The translations under genes and the position numbers were made by a program. A stretch of DNA of 64,000 nt, from the NCBI RefSeq assembly GCF_009914755.1, contig NC_060936.1. One strand, 5' to 3'. The notes beneath the pieces were generated by a model that made no database searches, was not told the DNA's origin, and worked only from the letters and a program-made list of their open reading frames with translations. Below, one piece after another: positions 11,811 to 26,085 of the stretch. This DNA is from the human T2T-CHM13v2.0 reference genome, Homo sapiens. Position 1 is the first letter of the stretch; every line of letters begins with the position of its first letter.

Positions 11811-14199
11811 TGGACAACCCACACATGAGTGATTTCGCAGTCTGGGGAGTGTGCACGCCCTGGCAGGTCGGGCCAGTTGCTGGTGAGCTTATGAAGTGTG
11901 GTCTCCTCCCCGGAGCTCATGTGCGCTTCCCACCTGGTGAGCTCAGGGTCTCTCTGGAGGGATCCTGCCTCCCACCCCTGTCTCCAACACAAGTGCTCCT
12001 ATAAATCCATCAAGAATAGGTATTCCTTTGGTCAGGTGCTGTGTAGCTTAATTTAAAAATACATTTATCTTACCGTTTCGCAGCTTGCAATGTGGAATGG
12101 ACGATGATTTAGAACAAAGATACATAGATACAGAACTCTGAGATGTCAGAAAAACTTCCCAAACATACACAGACATTTATACACATATAGAAAAAGTCTG
12201 AAAAAATCTTCGCTAAATGATTAATAGTAGTTACATTTGTAGAGTGGAACTGAGATCAGGAGATGGCAGTAAGGGAGATTTTTTCCCCACTTTTTCAATA
12301 TTGTTTAGATTTTTTAATATGCTAGAATTTTAAAATATTTTTTAAATCAATAGAGAAAAGGAAGTGCCAACGTTTAAAATAAAGCAAAGCCCTAAAGCTG
12401 TTATAAGGGAAGGAGCAGGCGGTGAGCGCGAGGCCGAGGTCATCCAGGGAGCTTCGTTTCTCTGCAGGAACAGCCCACAGAGGCGGCTGTGAGAGTAGTT
12501 CATTCAGCCTGGAGTCTAGGACAGGGCAGAGTCCCACCTCAGCCATGTGCTGAAGCACAGTACATGTAGTGGAAACCTGCTCAGACTTTGACACCAGAGA
12601 GTGTGGGGTCTGAGTCCTACGTATGCCACTGTGTAGCTTGAGATTTCAGGAGATGATGACTAACTGTAAATGGCAGCTGTTATTCATCCTTAAGGGATTA
12701 TTCACAGTGAGCAGTGAGCCCGGAAGTCTTCTTGAAGGAGACGGGACTGAGAGACCCCTGAGCTAAGCTGGGCTCTGGCCAGACTGTGAGAATGAGTTAG
12801 GTAGGGGATGCGGCAATGAGTGAGTGAGGTGATAGAGACATCTTGAGATGACGGAGAAGTGTGGAAAGAAAGACGGATCGAAGAGTCTAAGGTAGTTTCC
12901 GTTTCCTTGATCCCTCATCTAACTCAAGGGCATGGGGTAGGGGCATGGAAACACTGCATGGTAATACCTGGAGAGCTTCCCAGAAGCTTCTTGGAAATTA
13001 TTATTCTTATGTTTCAGCGGCCCCTGTTCCTCTCCCCTTTCAAGCTTTCATCTGTTAGACTGAGCTCTGTAAAGCAATAAACCAAAAGCGTCCTGAGACA
13101 GCCTACAAACTCATGTAAAAAAAAGACCATCTTCAAAGCAGTGCTATTGACTTCCATTTTTACGTATCACTGAGTGGTACTTACTAATGGCCTACTATGC
13201 ATTATAAACTTTGGCATTTGTAATCTAAAATTACCAGATAACGGGTGTTTTCTCAGATACCATTCAGCCTTTGGCAATGTTGCACAGCCCCTTCTGTGTC
13301 CTCACATATGCAAACGGTTGCAATTTCCAGCTTCCAGGAAAGACTGTCAGTGATAAGGACATCATCAGGCTTATCCTGAGTTGGTTGTGAGCTGCTGCTG
13401 TTGTATGAAGGAATGTTGGCTTTACTTACCAACTCTTTTGTTTTTACATAACTGCTGCCATGTTACCATGTTGACTCCTATTTTATTCCTCTCCAAATCT
13501 TTGTTATCCCCAATTTCTTTTTCCTCTATAAAGTGGGAATGGCTATGGTAGGTTTTTTGTCCTGCTTAGGTTGACAAAAGTTAAAGAAAAAAAAAAAAAA
13601 GCTTGAGAACCACTGGTAGATAAATGTTGGCGACAGTCCCTCACAACTTCCCGTCTGGGGTTCCACACAAAACAGGCATGACTAGCCTTGCATCTACCTC
13701 ACGTTGCCATCATCCTTTGGTCTGCTGGGTGCAAAGTCAAGAAACCTGAAAACAGGTAACAACAGAATCCGTATTCAACAGTTCTTACTCAAGAGGCTGC
13801 ATAAGTTTTAAGACTCACTAGAGATTGTCAGTGAGGATAATTGAAGGCTGTGCTTCCAACAACAGGATTGTATAAAACAAAGTGAACCACGCAAAAAGCA
13901 GGCCTAGGAGTCCTGGTTTGTACCAAGTTGATCCCAGGTATGTTTAAATGACAGTACGCCATGATACACTCTCCCAAAAATTGTTTGACTCTACTAGGAG
14001 TGGAATAAGAACAAATAAAATTTTTTTCTAGTTTGACATTTCACAGAAACAAATTTTAAAAGCAGCATGATTTGTTTCAAGAAAGAACATTTCTGAGCAA
14101 CATCAAGGTGGCAAAGGAAGTGGTGGGTTCTCCTCTGGAGACCTTTAAATTAAGAGATATAGTTCTGTTTAACCACAGGAGTCAGAAACCTGTTGACTT

Positions 14200-15350
14200 T
14201 TTGGATCCCTTTTCAAACATCACACTGAAAGAAAAGAAAAGAGCAAGTAGAACAGACTAAACAACAAATTATGGCTTTTGCTATAACTGAAATAATTTGA
14301 ACAACAAAATGAATAATGATAGTATTGGATTGTAGCCCAAAGAACAAAGTTCACTAATAAGTTCATGCTGATACAAATAACCAACAAGTTAATAAGTGGG
14401 ATAAAAGGACTAGTCTTCCTTACAGTTGAATTCCAATTAATACATATAGAAGGATGCCGAGCATGGTGGCATGCACCTGTAATCTCAGTTACTCAGGGAG
14501 GCTGAGGTGGGAGGATTACTTAAGCTCAGGAGTTTGAGGCAACACAGCAAGACCCCATCTCAAAGAAAAAGAAGTCTTAATAAATGTAGAAGGAAAGAGA
14601 AAAACAGAAAATCACCATTAGACAAACACCACTATAATAATTGTTGCAGACAAGATCTACCAATGAATGCTAAAACTAGTGGGTGAAAGTTCCAGGAGGA
14701 ACAGAATTTTTACAATTCCAAAGTGTCTCCCCCAAGATATTTATTAACTACAAAGGGAAAAATAGTGATTTTGAAGTAGAGAAGCCAGGCAGAAACCACC
14801 TTAACCAAATGACCAAGGTCAACATCACCAGTAATAAGATAGTAATAAGACATCAATATCTCTCTATATCATGAACCATGGATATGATGTACTAAGAGTG
14901 ACACAACATTTCTGTGGTATTCTTGCCAAACATGCGGTTCAATCACAAGAAACATAAGACAAACCCAAAGTGAGGGGCATTTGACAAAATTACCGATCAC
15001 TACTCTTCAAAAGTGTCATGAAAGACAAGACAGACAAGACAACAAAGACTGAGCAAGTGTTTTAGGCTGCAGGAGACTAAGGGAAAATCACAACTAAATG
15101 CAATGTGGGGTCCTGAATGGGATCCTAGATAGGATCCTGGAATAGAAAAGGACATGAATGTAAAAACTGGTGAAAGTTGCATAAGGTCTTTAGTTTAATA
15201 GTTCTCTACCAATGTTAATTTCCTCGTTCTAACAATTGTACTATGGTTGTGAAAGATGCTAACGTTAGGGGAAGCTGAGTGAAAGGTGGAAACTCTCTGT
15301 ACTATTTTTGCAATTTTTCTGTAAGTCTAAAATTAGCTTAAAATAAAGTT
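14200..15350 (+). mobile_element. Old L1M 3' region with an Alu monomer inserted at ~14455-14572
   Basis: L1MB/MC-type 3'UTR ending aaactctctgtactatttttgcaatttttctgtaagtctaaaatta. Confidence 0.75.
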
Positions 15351-15554
15351 TTTTTGGTTTTTTTTTTTGTTGTTGTTGTTGTTGAAGATTTTTGTTTACA
15401 CTCTATTACAGCCCAAGTACTTGACCCTGCTGTGAAAAGCTCTGGGATGTTATGTGCGGAAACCAGAGGTGTCACTGAAAACTGTGAAGCGTTTTCTGTT
15501 TGATCCCAGATGGGATAATTCACCTAAATTCTATCAACTCCAATTTGTTTTCTT

Positions 15555-15873
<319 letters not shown>

Positions 15874-15929
15874 TGAAAGAAACAAGACTTATGACAAAGA
15901 ATATTAATGACGTCAACCATTACCATTAG

Positions 15930-16180
15930 TAACGTTTGTCGTGCATTTCAAATGTGCCAGACGTGGTGCTAAGTGCTACACAGGCACCATCGCATTTATC
16001 CTCAGAACAAACCTACGACACAAGAATTACTGACATGACCATTTAAAGACAGGAAAACAAAGGCTTAGAGATAATTAAATTACTTGCTAGGCCACATAAC
16101 TAGTAAATGGTAGACCCAGGTTTTGAACTCAGGTTTGTAGAATTCTAAAGTCCATTATTTACTTATAGCTACCATGCTAT
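15930..16180 (-). mobile_element. MIR
   Basis: atgtgccagacgtggtgctaagtgct...ggccacataactagtaaatgg. Confidence 0.75.
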
Positions 16181-16987
16181 CTATACTTTAAGTCTAGAGG
16201 GGGAGGAAAAAAGACAAGAAAAACACTAAAAAGCACAGCTCTAGTACTGTTTATTTTGGCTATTGCTGGCCCGTGGGATTAAACATAACTTTCTTAGGAA
16301 AGAGGTGAATAACGAAAATGACAAGAAAAATGTTGCTTTCACTGAAAATCTCATCAGACCTGAATAATACTTTAAAAATCTAATCAGAAGGCTCTCTTCC
16401 TATCCCAATGTGTTCCACAATTCTCTCCTACTACTCTGCCCTATTAAGGAAAATCATACCTTTTGTCTTTAACTCTAGAAAAGTAATTGCAGTTATTTCC
16501 CAATTTTATCCTGTTTCTTCCAATCCCTGTTTCCCTGATTTCTTGTCTGACTCTCAGAGTACATACAGTTTGCAACACTTATGTAACTAGTCTCAGTGGG
16601 AAGCTCTTGGCTGATGAACAGTTAGTGAGCAGGGGTTCTGAGTGAATGGAGACACCCTGACACTATGGAGCTGCGGTGAGGGATTAGGGCAGAGTGACAT
16701 TTAAAAAGAGCAACTTCAATCGATGGACAGTCTTTTATCCTAAACATTTTTAACCACCACTGCAGGACGTTATTTGTGATGAGAAAAATATATTGATGCA
16801 CTGATCACACAGCTGACTGATGAGGAATGCAAAGTGTGGCCGGAATCTCATCTCTCATGTCTCAGCCCAGAGACAGAGGGGACCCAGAAGGGAAACATGA
16901 TTGTTTTCCCATGACTGGGAAACATGGCAGCTCTCATCTGTCCTGTTTCCCCAAACAAGAAAAAACAGACACAGCCTGCTCAAACTG

Positions 16988-17500
16988 TGCCGTCAATGCC
17001 CGTGAGCCAAAGACCGCGAGGAACACACAAGTTGGGTTCATTACTCGTGGCAACAAGGGAGAGTGCACACAATGTAAACTGTGAGGTGTCTCAGTCAGAG
17101 GGCGTCGCTGAGGACTTGTTATCGGATGAATTTCTGTTAGGTGATTTTCAGGAGGCTTCAGGAAGCAGGGCTTTGCTTTGGATTGGATGCTGTGAGGAAG
17201 GAGGAGTAATTTTATAATTAGGTTTCCTAATGGATTTTGTCTAGAAAGCAGGAGAACGAAGTGAAGTGAAAAGCTGTGATTGGCAAGGAAGGAGCAGTCA
17301 CTTGTGTTAGCCGGCAAAAGATGTTCGATCGCTTGTGTGGTTTGGACAATGTTTACGTTGTTGTCTTTATTCAGACATCATCACAGGGTGATCTTATTTG
17401 TGTCTGGATCCACCATGATCACAGAGTGGCCTTGCCTGACATTGACATGTGAGAACAAACACCAGGGCAGCTCCTAGCAATACAAAGCCTAACTGATAGT
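16988..17500. mobile_element. Probable ERVL-class solo LTR (MER76-like)
   Basis: gttgggttcattactcgtggcaacaagggagagtgcacac and tttggacaatgttt...cacagagtggccttg resemble the family; assigned by eye. Confidence 0.45.
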
Positions 17501-18079
17501 GTCTGTCCAATTTCCAGCTGTCAGGGGCTTCTTTTCTCTTTCTCAGCCATAACAGCCACATAAACTCGGAAGAGTGAACTGACGTCACAGAAAGTGGTGA
17601 CTGTAGCGGGAGGAAGGCCCCTCTACCTGTTCTCAAGGCCTTGGCCACGGGTTTTCACCCCCTCTTCCCTATATTCTCCTCCTTCACACTAAGCCCAATC
17701 CCAACTTTACCCGCTCTTGTTATATCTTATCCGTATTCCCTCCATTAAAAAAATATTTTTTTTCCTAGCATAGTTTGACATCATTGTGCAATTTTCCTCC
17801 CAGTTATTCCATAAGATTAAAATTTTAAATTTTCTGAATCAGAAATCAATGTTGGCTACCCTGGGAAACATTAAAGAAATTACCGATGTTTAACACCCAC
17901 TCCCAAAGAGAAGATTCTGATTTAATTGTTCTGAGGTGAAACTTGAACATTGGGATTTTTTAAAAAGCTCTCTGGATGTCTCTAATAGGCAGCTAAATTT
18001 GAAAAGCTCTGTAGCCTAATTGCTGCTGTTAGCTAATTTCTTAGTCCATCCTCAGGGAAGATGTACTACAGCTGGTCTG

Positions 18080-18280
18080 GTCTTATATCTGAAACTCCTT
18101 TTCAAAGACACTCTCAGCCTTCTCTTCTCCAAGATAAATAATCTGAAACCCTTTTATCTTTCCTAAGAGTTCTTCCTTCTCATCCCCACCCACTGTTTTC
18201 ATTGCTCTCCTTTGGAAGCTCTCCAGGTTCTGAACATCCCTGTCAAGTACTGGTGTCCAAAGCTCCCTCACGGCCCCTTT
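18080..18280 (-). mobile_element. L3/CR1 ORF2 3' fragment
   Basis: Translation LWTPVLDRDVQNLESFQRRAMKTV resembles CR1 FW.P..KKD...LE.VQRRATKM. Confidence 0.7.
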
Positions 18281-18976
18281 CCGCTGCCTGCCTGCTGGCT
18301 GCAAGTGCTGCTTGCTTCCACAGCTCTGTAGTGTCAACTGAACCCTTGGTTTCCACCAATGGAGAAATTCAGCAACAGAGAGAGATCTACCTACATGTCA
18401 GACTAACAGGCAAAAGAAGCCTAAAGGTCCTGCAGCCTGACTGTTGGACCAGGGTGGCCTTCCATAGAGTTCTGCTAGGTGGACAATGGAGAAGGAAAAC
18501 TAAAGAAGGGGCATAAATGGAGAATGAGTTAGAGCAAAGTTCAGTGTGATGAAAAAAAATGTACCTGGGAAGCAGAACTCCAAACTTCTAGTCCTGGATA
18601 TGACCCGAATCAGCCACATAATCTTGGGCAATCCATTTTGCCTTTCTAGGACTCTGTTTTTCATGCATAAAACAAGAGAGTAAGACTGGGTCATCCCCAG
18701 GCTTCACTTCAGCTCTGGGTCTTCCACAGCTGATCTCAGGCTTGGAAAGAAAGAGACTGCTGGTCTGATCATCCCTCTTGTAACTGCTCTGGCCACAGTT
18801 CTTTCTATCCAGCAACTCGAGTTATTCCAAGAGTTCTTATATTCCCAACAGCCAATGACTATAGCCCAGACTAGCACCTCTAGTCTGTAAGCTTCTTGAA
18901 GACAGTAGAGTACCATCTGCCCCCTGAATATAGATAAGAGCCTAGGAGTGCTTAGCTCACTTGGCAGATACTTTAA

Positions 18977-19365
<389 letters not shown>

Positions 19366-21814
19366 GATATCCACTTTTCATCAACAATCATACTTACCAA
19401 AACTTAGCACCACATAAAGTCATCCAGATTAGCAGTCATGGCATGTACTAGGAACCTTCACATACATTCTCTCATTTAGTCTGTATTGACAAGCCAGAAA
19501 GACTGGCATTATCCCTATTTTATAGGTAAGAAATTGAGCTTCACAGACAGGAAAATTAAACTGCCCAAGATTCCAAAGCTAAGAAGTGACACACTTAGGA
19601 TTTGGATGTCTGTCTGCCCCAGCTCCTTCTGCTCCACTCAAACAGATTCACCTCACAGTTAATTCAACGTAAGCTTCGGGACCCCCTTGCATGGGTGCCT
19701 TCCAATCCCCTGTACCTAGTTTTGAATTCTTAATTTTTTGCCATTTTCCGTAAAGGGGACCCTCCGCAAATTGTCTAAGCTTCAAGACCTACAAAATCTA
19801 GATCCGCCTCTGAACTCAGCTTTCCATGTAAACAGCAACACTACCATCTTGTTTAGTAATTTCAGCGTGAGGGTATTTTTCAAACATGAATTCAAGAGGA
19901 ATCCTTGCCGGCTTTCTGCTCTGGGAACCTATGCCGGTTCTTTAAAGAAATGGTAGAGTATGGCCGTGGGTCACTCACTATTCCGTCTTCCCACTTACTC
20001 TGTGCCCATGGTTCTCTTCTCCCATGCCGGGCTGTGGATTTCCCCTCTCCCTCACAACAGGCCTTCCTGAGTCCGGCTTTAGCCTGTAGCATGCCCTTCC
20101 ATGCTGGTTTTCATAAATCACTTTATTCTGTACTCAGTCTTTGGTAATGACTCTGTTCTACCCCTCCTGCTGCTTCTTTTGGTTTGCACTTTGGACCGGA
20201 GCCTGCTGCTGCTTTGGGATTGAGCCTCAGCTGCTTTCTGTAGCCAAAAAAGCAGTGCTGTTGTTCACTTGGAGAGGAGTGACTTGAAAAGGGGGGAAGA
20301 AGGGGGATTGTTGTCTACTTCAATTTTTGTTAGGTAGGCTCTAATATCGAAATTCACATTTCATTCCAGCTTCTTCTATAACATCTCATATTTACCCATC
20401 AAAATATTCTAACACTATTTATTATCTACTATTCCTTCCCTGTATCTTGACCTTAGTTATCAGATCTCTCTTCTTTAGATTTTATATGTATAAAATTTCC
20501 CTCTTTTGTCCCCTCTTTGCAAACCAGAGAAGGTGTAGATACAACTTTGGAAAAACACAGTTTAGCAAAGAAATAGCTTGGGAACTGAGGCTTTCAGGTG
20601 AACTCAGCACACCATTTCCTTCTCGCTCGGTCCTGTCCACTTGTCATCTCCTAGAGCTTTAATACCTCCCACTACAACCATCTGGCAAATGAGAAAAACC
20701 TTTGCTCGGTCACAACTTATCATACAATGGTAACTTAATTCATAATATTAGAAAAACCAGGACAGAACTAGGCAATTTATACATAATGTTTCCAAAATAC
20801 ATTTTTTGTGCAGGCCATCTTTTAGAAATGTGTAGATACTATCCTAGTGGTAACAGAAGCATAGAAAAGTTGACGTTAGGATACCTGAAAATCTTAGGGC
20901 TATGTAATTGTAAGACAGGACTTAAGATGTGTATGTATTAATCCACAGAACCTACAGCAGTTAGAATATTACACATTTTCCAAACAAGAACTGCAAAACA
21001 CACACACAGAGCCAGCACGGATCCATGCCCTTGCGGAGTTGTAAACAAGTCTGAAGAGTCACCTGTCAATAGCAGCGATGGCAATACCATTATCTTGGAA
21101 AGAAATCATTGTTTCCTAGGTGACAAACTTGGGATCAGATACTTTAAAACTCTCAATTCTGCTTTCAGTTTCTTCTCTTGCCTCCTATGTTTTCATACCA
21201 CGCATACCACCAATTTACAAAACCCCCAATGTATCCATCCCTAGGAACAAAACAGAAATTCTTGTGAGGCACAGGAAAGGACAAATTTCAATGATGAGGA
21301 AATCCTCACATTTCCATTTCTCGATGGAAATTACAGCAATTTTTGCTGACAGCTTCCAAAAGCACAGGCTGTAGAAGAAATATGTATAGAGAGGAAACAA
21401 ATTCATAAAGATACTTAACCATCCACACTGTGAATACTATAAATTTTAAAATTCAAGATCTGATTCCTTCAGACAGAATTGTAATTTGAAGACTAAAAGA
21501 ATGCTTTGTATAGATACAAAAAGGGATATGAACCATTTGGAGGGTGTTCAGAGGAGAAATCAGTAGAGTTAAGGAACCCGGAACACAGTTGACAAGATTT
21601 GGAGATTTCTATTTTCCTAAGAAGTAAATTTGTTCTACTGAATGCAGGATATTGGCCAAAGGGCAGTTACAAATACTTCAAACTGCAGCAGCTTATAAAA
21701 TGTTAGCCCAAGTGTAAAAAGTTACTGCATTTCTTCTCATGAACATTAAAAAAGACATTACACTTACCTTTTTTGATCTAACTTGAATAGGAAAGTATGG
21801 ATAGAGTGAATTTT

Positions 21815-21880
21815 ACAGGTTAGCGCAAAACTAACTGCGGTCTTTGCCACTGACCACAATACTTTTGCACCAGCCTATAT
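21815..21880. mobile_element. MADE1 (Hsmar1-derived miniature inverted-repeat element)
   Basis: aggttagcgcaaaactaactgcggt...ccacaatacttttgcaccagcct inverted termini. Confidence 0.75.
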
Positions 21881-21951
21881 TAAGCCGAAGGAAGTTAGCT
21901 TATGCTCTCAGGCACTTCAGTCTTTGTATGATGCAGCACATTCTGCGTGAG

Positions 21952-22491
21952 TATAGCAGACAAACTCAGAGGTGGCCTCCCGCAATCCCTGCCTCCCCTG
22001 GTGTTCACTTCCTTCTGTGATCGTCTCTTGGCATGGGCAGGACCTGGGACTTGCTTCTCACCAATAGAATAGGGCAATGGTGGCAGGATGTATGTGATTA
22101 TACATACATGTTTACATTACATAAGATTGTAACCTAGTCTTGCTAGCTTTGAGAAAGCAAGTAGCCATGTTGGGAAAGCGCAGGGGCCAAGGAACTAAAG
22201 GTGACCTCTGGCCAGTGGCCAAACAAAATCTAAGGCCTTTATTCCGACGACCCAAAAGGAACTAAAGGCTGCCAACAACCACATGAGCTCAGAAGTAGAT
22301 TCTTCCTCAAACTTCAGATATGACACAGCCTTAACCACCACCGTGATGACAGCCTTGTGAGACCCTGAAGCAGGGTACCAGCAAAGTTGTGCCCTGACTC
22401 CTGACACAGCAATTGTGAGGCAATAAATGTGTGTTGCTTTAAGCTGCTAAGTCTCTAGTAATACTGTTATGCAGCAGTAGGTAACAAATAC
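21952..22491 (+). mobile_element. MLT1 (MaLR) solo LTR
   Basis: ccaacaaccacatgagct...tgtgaggcaataaatgtgtgttgctttaagctgctaag...gcagcagtaggtaacaaataca. Confidence 0.85.
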
Positions 22492-24034
22492 AGTAAATAC
22501 TGAATGTATACACATTTGTAAAGCTGTGTTTGCACATTAGAGGTTTTGGAATGACTATATGTACACATGCACAGACATGCAAACCATTTAAGAAACTTAA
22601 ATGTAGTCAACAGAGCAATAAAGAAACTTGGCATTCTTCACACCAATCAATTCAAGATGTAACAAAGATTTAATATAAAGCATAAAAGTTTTAAGCAAAA
22701 TCATGGAGGTATTTTTATTACCTTGTGGGGAAGGTCATTCTACGCACGTCGGGAAAACCAGGAATTATAAAATCAAAGAGATTAAGTTTACATCATAAAA
22801 CTTAACTTTTATAACAAAAAAACTATAAATAAGGTTAAAAGACTAATAATAACATGGTAAAAAATTTGCAACACAAGACAAAGAAATAATGTCCTCAATA
22901 TACATAGCTCTTAAACATCAAGATTCAGTATAATGCAAAACTATACAGCCATTAAAAACAATACAAATCTATATCTATGGTCATGTACAAATGTTCTCAG
23001 GATTAAGTGAAAGAAGCAAGTTACAAAGCAGTACATAGAGTGTGATCTCATCTATGCAAAGGTGTACATAGTTGTATATAAGCATATGTAAATATGCACA
23101 GAGTTGTCTGAAAGTAAATCTTAACTGGTCATTTTGGGGTAGATTATTTTTTATTTATTTTTTTAAAAATGTGCATGCACTATTTGTTTTTTTAAGAAAG
23201 AAATATATTTTCCAAAAAAAGTTTTAGAAATGTTTGTGTACCTATGAAGCAAAAGTCCATTTATTTGGCAGAGAAGTTAATCAGACAGCAAAACCTCTAG
23301 TGAAGAAACACCACTGTGAAAGATAAAGGAAAGTAACTTCAAGGATGGAATCAACACCAATACGTGCGATCATTACTGAAGACATCATCTCAGGGAGAAT
23401 GCTCCTGAGATATCTTCCAGCACTATTCATTTATGAGCTAAAGGGGAAAAAAGCAAGACTGGAGATGTTTTAAAATAACTTGGGGACAGAATGGGAGGCC
23501 ATTTTGAATATGATACTAAAATGTATAAAAGGAAAGAATGGTCTGTTAAGTTCCATTATCAAATTAATGATCTTTGTCTTACTGGTGATAGACGCATTCA
23601 CTGTAAGGATGGGAGTCATAAATATGAAAATACGTAAAATATTATATATAATCTTTAAAAACCATTATTTCTCATAATGCATTTAGAATTATGGTTCTCA
23701 ACTCTGGCTGCAGAAAAACAAAAACCTGATGTTTAGGTCTAGAAAAGACAAATCTAGAGATACTCAGATTAATGGCCACCTAGAGCTGGGAGTAGAAACA
23801 GGGAGTGACTAAATAGACATGAAGTTTCTTTTTGGGTGATGGAAACATTCTGGTTTGTATGATGTGGTAAGGGCTGCACAAGTCTTTAAATTTACTAAAA
23901 TCATATATTAAAATAAGTGGATTTTATGGTATATAGATTATACCTCCATAAAGCTGTTCAAAAAAACATTGATACTTGGGCTCCCTGTGAGATACTTGCA
24001 ATTAGATTGGTCTAGGATGGGAGCGACAGGGATG

Positions 24035-24280
24035 GTTTGTTTTTGAGGCAGAGTCTCCCTCTGTCACCTAGGCTGGAGTGCAGTGGCGCGATCTCGGCTC
24101 ACTGCAACCTCCGCCTCTACCGGGTTCAATTGATTCTCATGCCTCAGCCTCCCAAGTAGCTAGGATTACAGGCGTATGCCACCATACCTGGCTGAATTTT
24201 GTATTTTTAGTAGAGACGGGGTTTCGTCATGTTGGCCAGACTGGTCTTGAACTCCTGACCTCAAGCAATCCGCCCACCTA
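24035..24280 (-). mobile_element. Alu, 5'-truncated
   Basis: Reverse Alu sequence. Confidence 0.9.
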
Positions 24281-24737
24281 GGAACACCTCCAACTGTACA
24301 AATGGAATTCTAACTATGTTCATTGTGAACTCTGTCTTGCTGGGGTGATTACAGACATGTATAGTTCCACCTTTCAGAATTGTAGGTTAAAAGCTAAAAG
24401 GATATTTTGAATATACACTTAAGATGGATATGAAGTAAGTTGGAATTGTCCAGGTAAGTCCAAGGAAGAAAGTGAAGGGATTCAAAGTTATAGCACATAA
24501 GAAAAAAAAGACATTAAACCAGAGGAGCTAGGGATGAGAGGTGGAGAAGTAGAGATAATCGCTATCCTCAAATGTTGTAAAGCTGCCTAACAGAGATGCA
24601 ACTCAACTAGTTTTTCATATTCTCAACCAGGATTGATGAGGCTACAGGAAGATAGATTTCAGGTCGATCTTCACAATAATCCTGCTCTAGGCGTTGTGTC
24701 AGATCCTGGAGATATATTCTACAGTGACTATATTCTA

Positions 24738-24922
24738 GTGGTCCTCAAACTTTGTGTTCGTCACAGTCACCTGCAGGGCTTGTTAAAACGCAGGTTGTTG
24801 GCCCCACTCCCAGAGTTTCTGTTTCAGGAGGTCTAGGGTAGGGCCTCATAATTTGCATTTCTAATGAATTCCCAGATGACGGTGATGCTGTCCATGCAGA
24901 AACCTCACTCTGAGGACCAGTG
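24738..24922. mobile_element. MER5A-like hAT DNA transposon
   Basis: agtggtcctcaaactt...tttgcatttctaatgaattcccagatg...ctctgaggaccagtg. Confidence 0.8.
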
Positions 24923-25879
24923 TCTAGTCTAAACGCTATTAGAGCTCCAAGAAAGGACATCTTATTCAGATTAGATGGAGAGGAACAACCTGAAGGACTT
25001 CTCAGAGGAATTTGGGGATGAGCTGAATTTTGAAGAATGAGAAGGTAGTAAGGAGAAAAGGTAGATGAGGTTATGGCAGTCCAAACACAGAGAACATTAG
25101 GGGAGCAATAATGTATAGGAAGGAATGAAGGCATGAAACAGCATTCCTTCAGGTTATCTGTTGCATGTTTACTCTATGCATTGTATTGTTCCAGTTGCTG
25201 TGTATGGAGGGATAAAGGAAACAAAACCTCTGCTCTCATGGAACTTTTACACAAATATGCCATATATGGCAAAGTCCCCTAATGGAATAGAACAGGCCAT
25301 TGCAAGAGAGAACATGGGGGCCTCTGAAGAGATAACATTTAAGCTGACATCTTAAGAATGAGCGAGCTGAGACTGTTGAGAGATGCTGGTGAAAATAACC
25401 AGGAAACCATGAGCCTCCAGCCTAGCTGTCAACCACCCACCCACCAATACCCAAGAAGTAATGAAGAGAAAGGCCCTGTCTCAACCTAGGTCCAGAAGCA
25501 CTATCAAGGTTCCCAAGACAACCTTGAAAGGGAAGGGAGACCTCCAAGGGAGTTCCAGGGAAAAAAAAAAAAAAAAAAAGCCTCTACAAAAAAGACCACT
25601 GCCTCAAGAAAACCTGAGGAAGGGAGCAGGCCACACTATCCGGCCACTGCGACCAGCTGAATGAGGAACTCAATCAAAATGAGCCACAGGAGGACCCAAA
25701 GAGTGAGGAGCCTCCGCCATCTCCAGCATCTCCCTGAGAACCCAGTAATTTCAGGGCAAGGCCAGAGACCCATGAGCTATCTGAGAAGTCTCCAGAGGTC
25801 TAACTCTAGAGAAATAGCCAACAGAGTCTAGAGTACGTTTAACATCATCCCACAGGGTACGCCCACGGTGATGAAAATA

Positions 25880-26085
25880 AGACTAATACAATGGACTCTG
25901 GTGACTTGGGGGGAAGGGTGAAAGGGGGTGAGAGAGAGAAGACTACACATTGAATGCAGTGTACACTTCTTAGGTAATGGGTGCACCAAAATCTCAGAAA
26001 TCACCACTAAATAACTTACCCATGTAACCAAACACGACGTCCCCCAAAAACCTATTGAAATAACATTTAATAGGTTAAAAAAATA
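25880..26085 (+). mobile_element. L1 3'UTR end fragment
   Basis: gggtgcaccaaaatctcagaaatcaccactaaa...aaacctattgaaataa. Confidence 0.8.

Noticed and set aside
12000-12006. Plus-strand TATAAAT suggesting a divergent promoter
   Set aside because: Single common hexamer with no supporting exon structure
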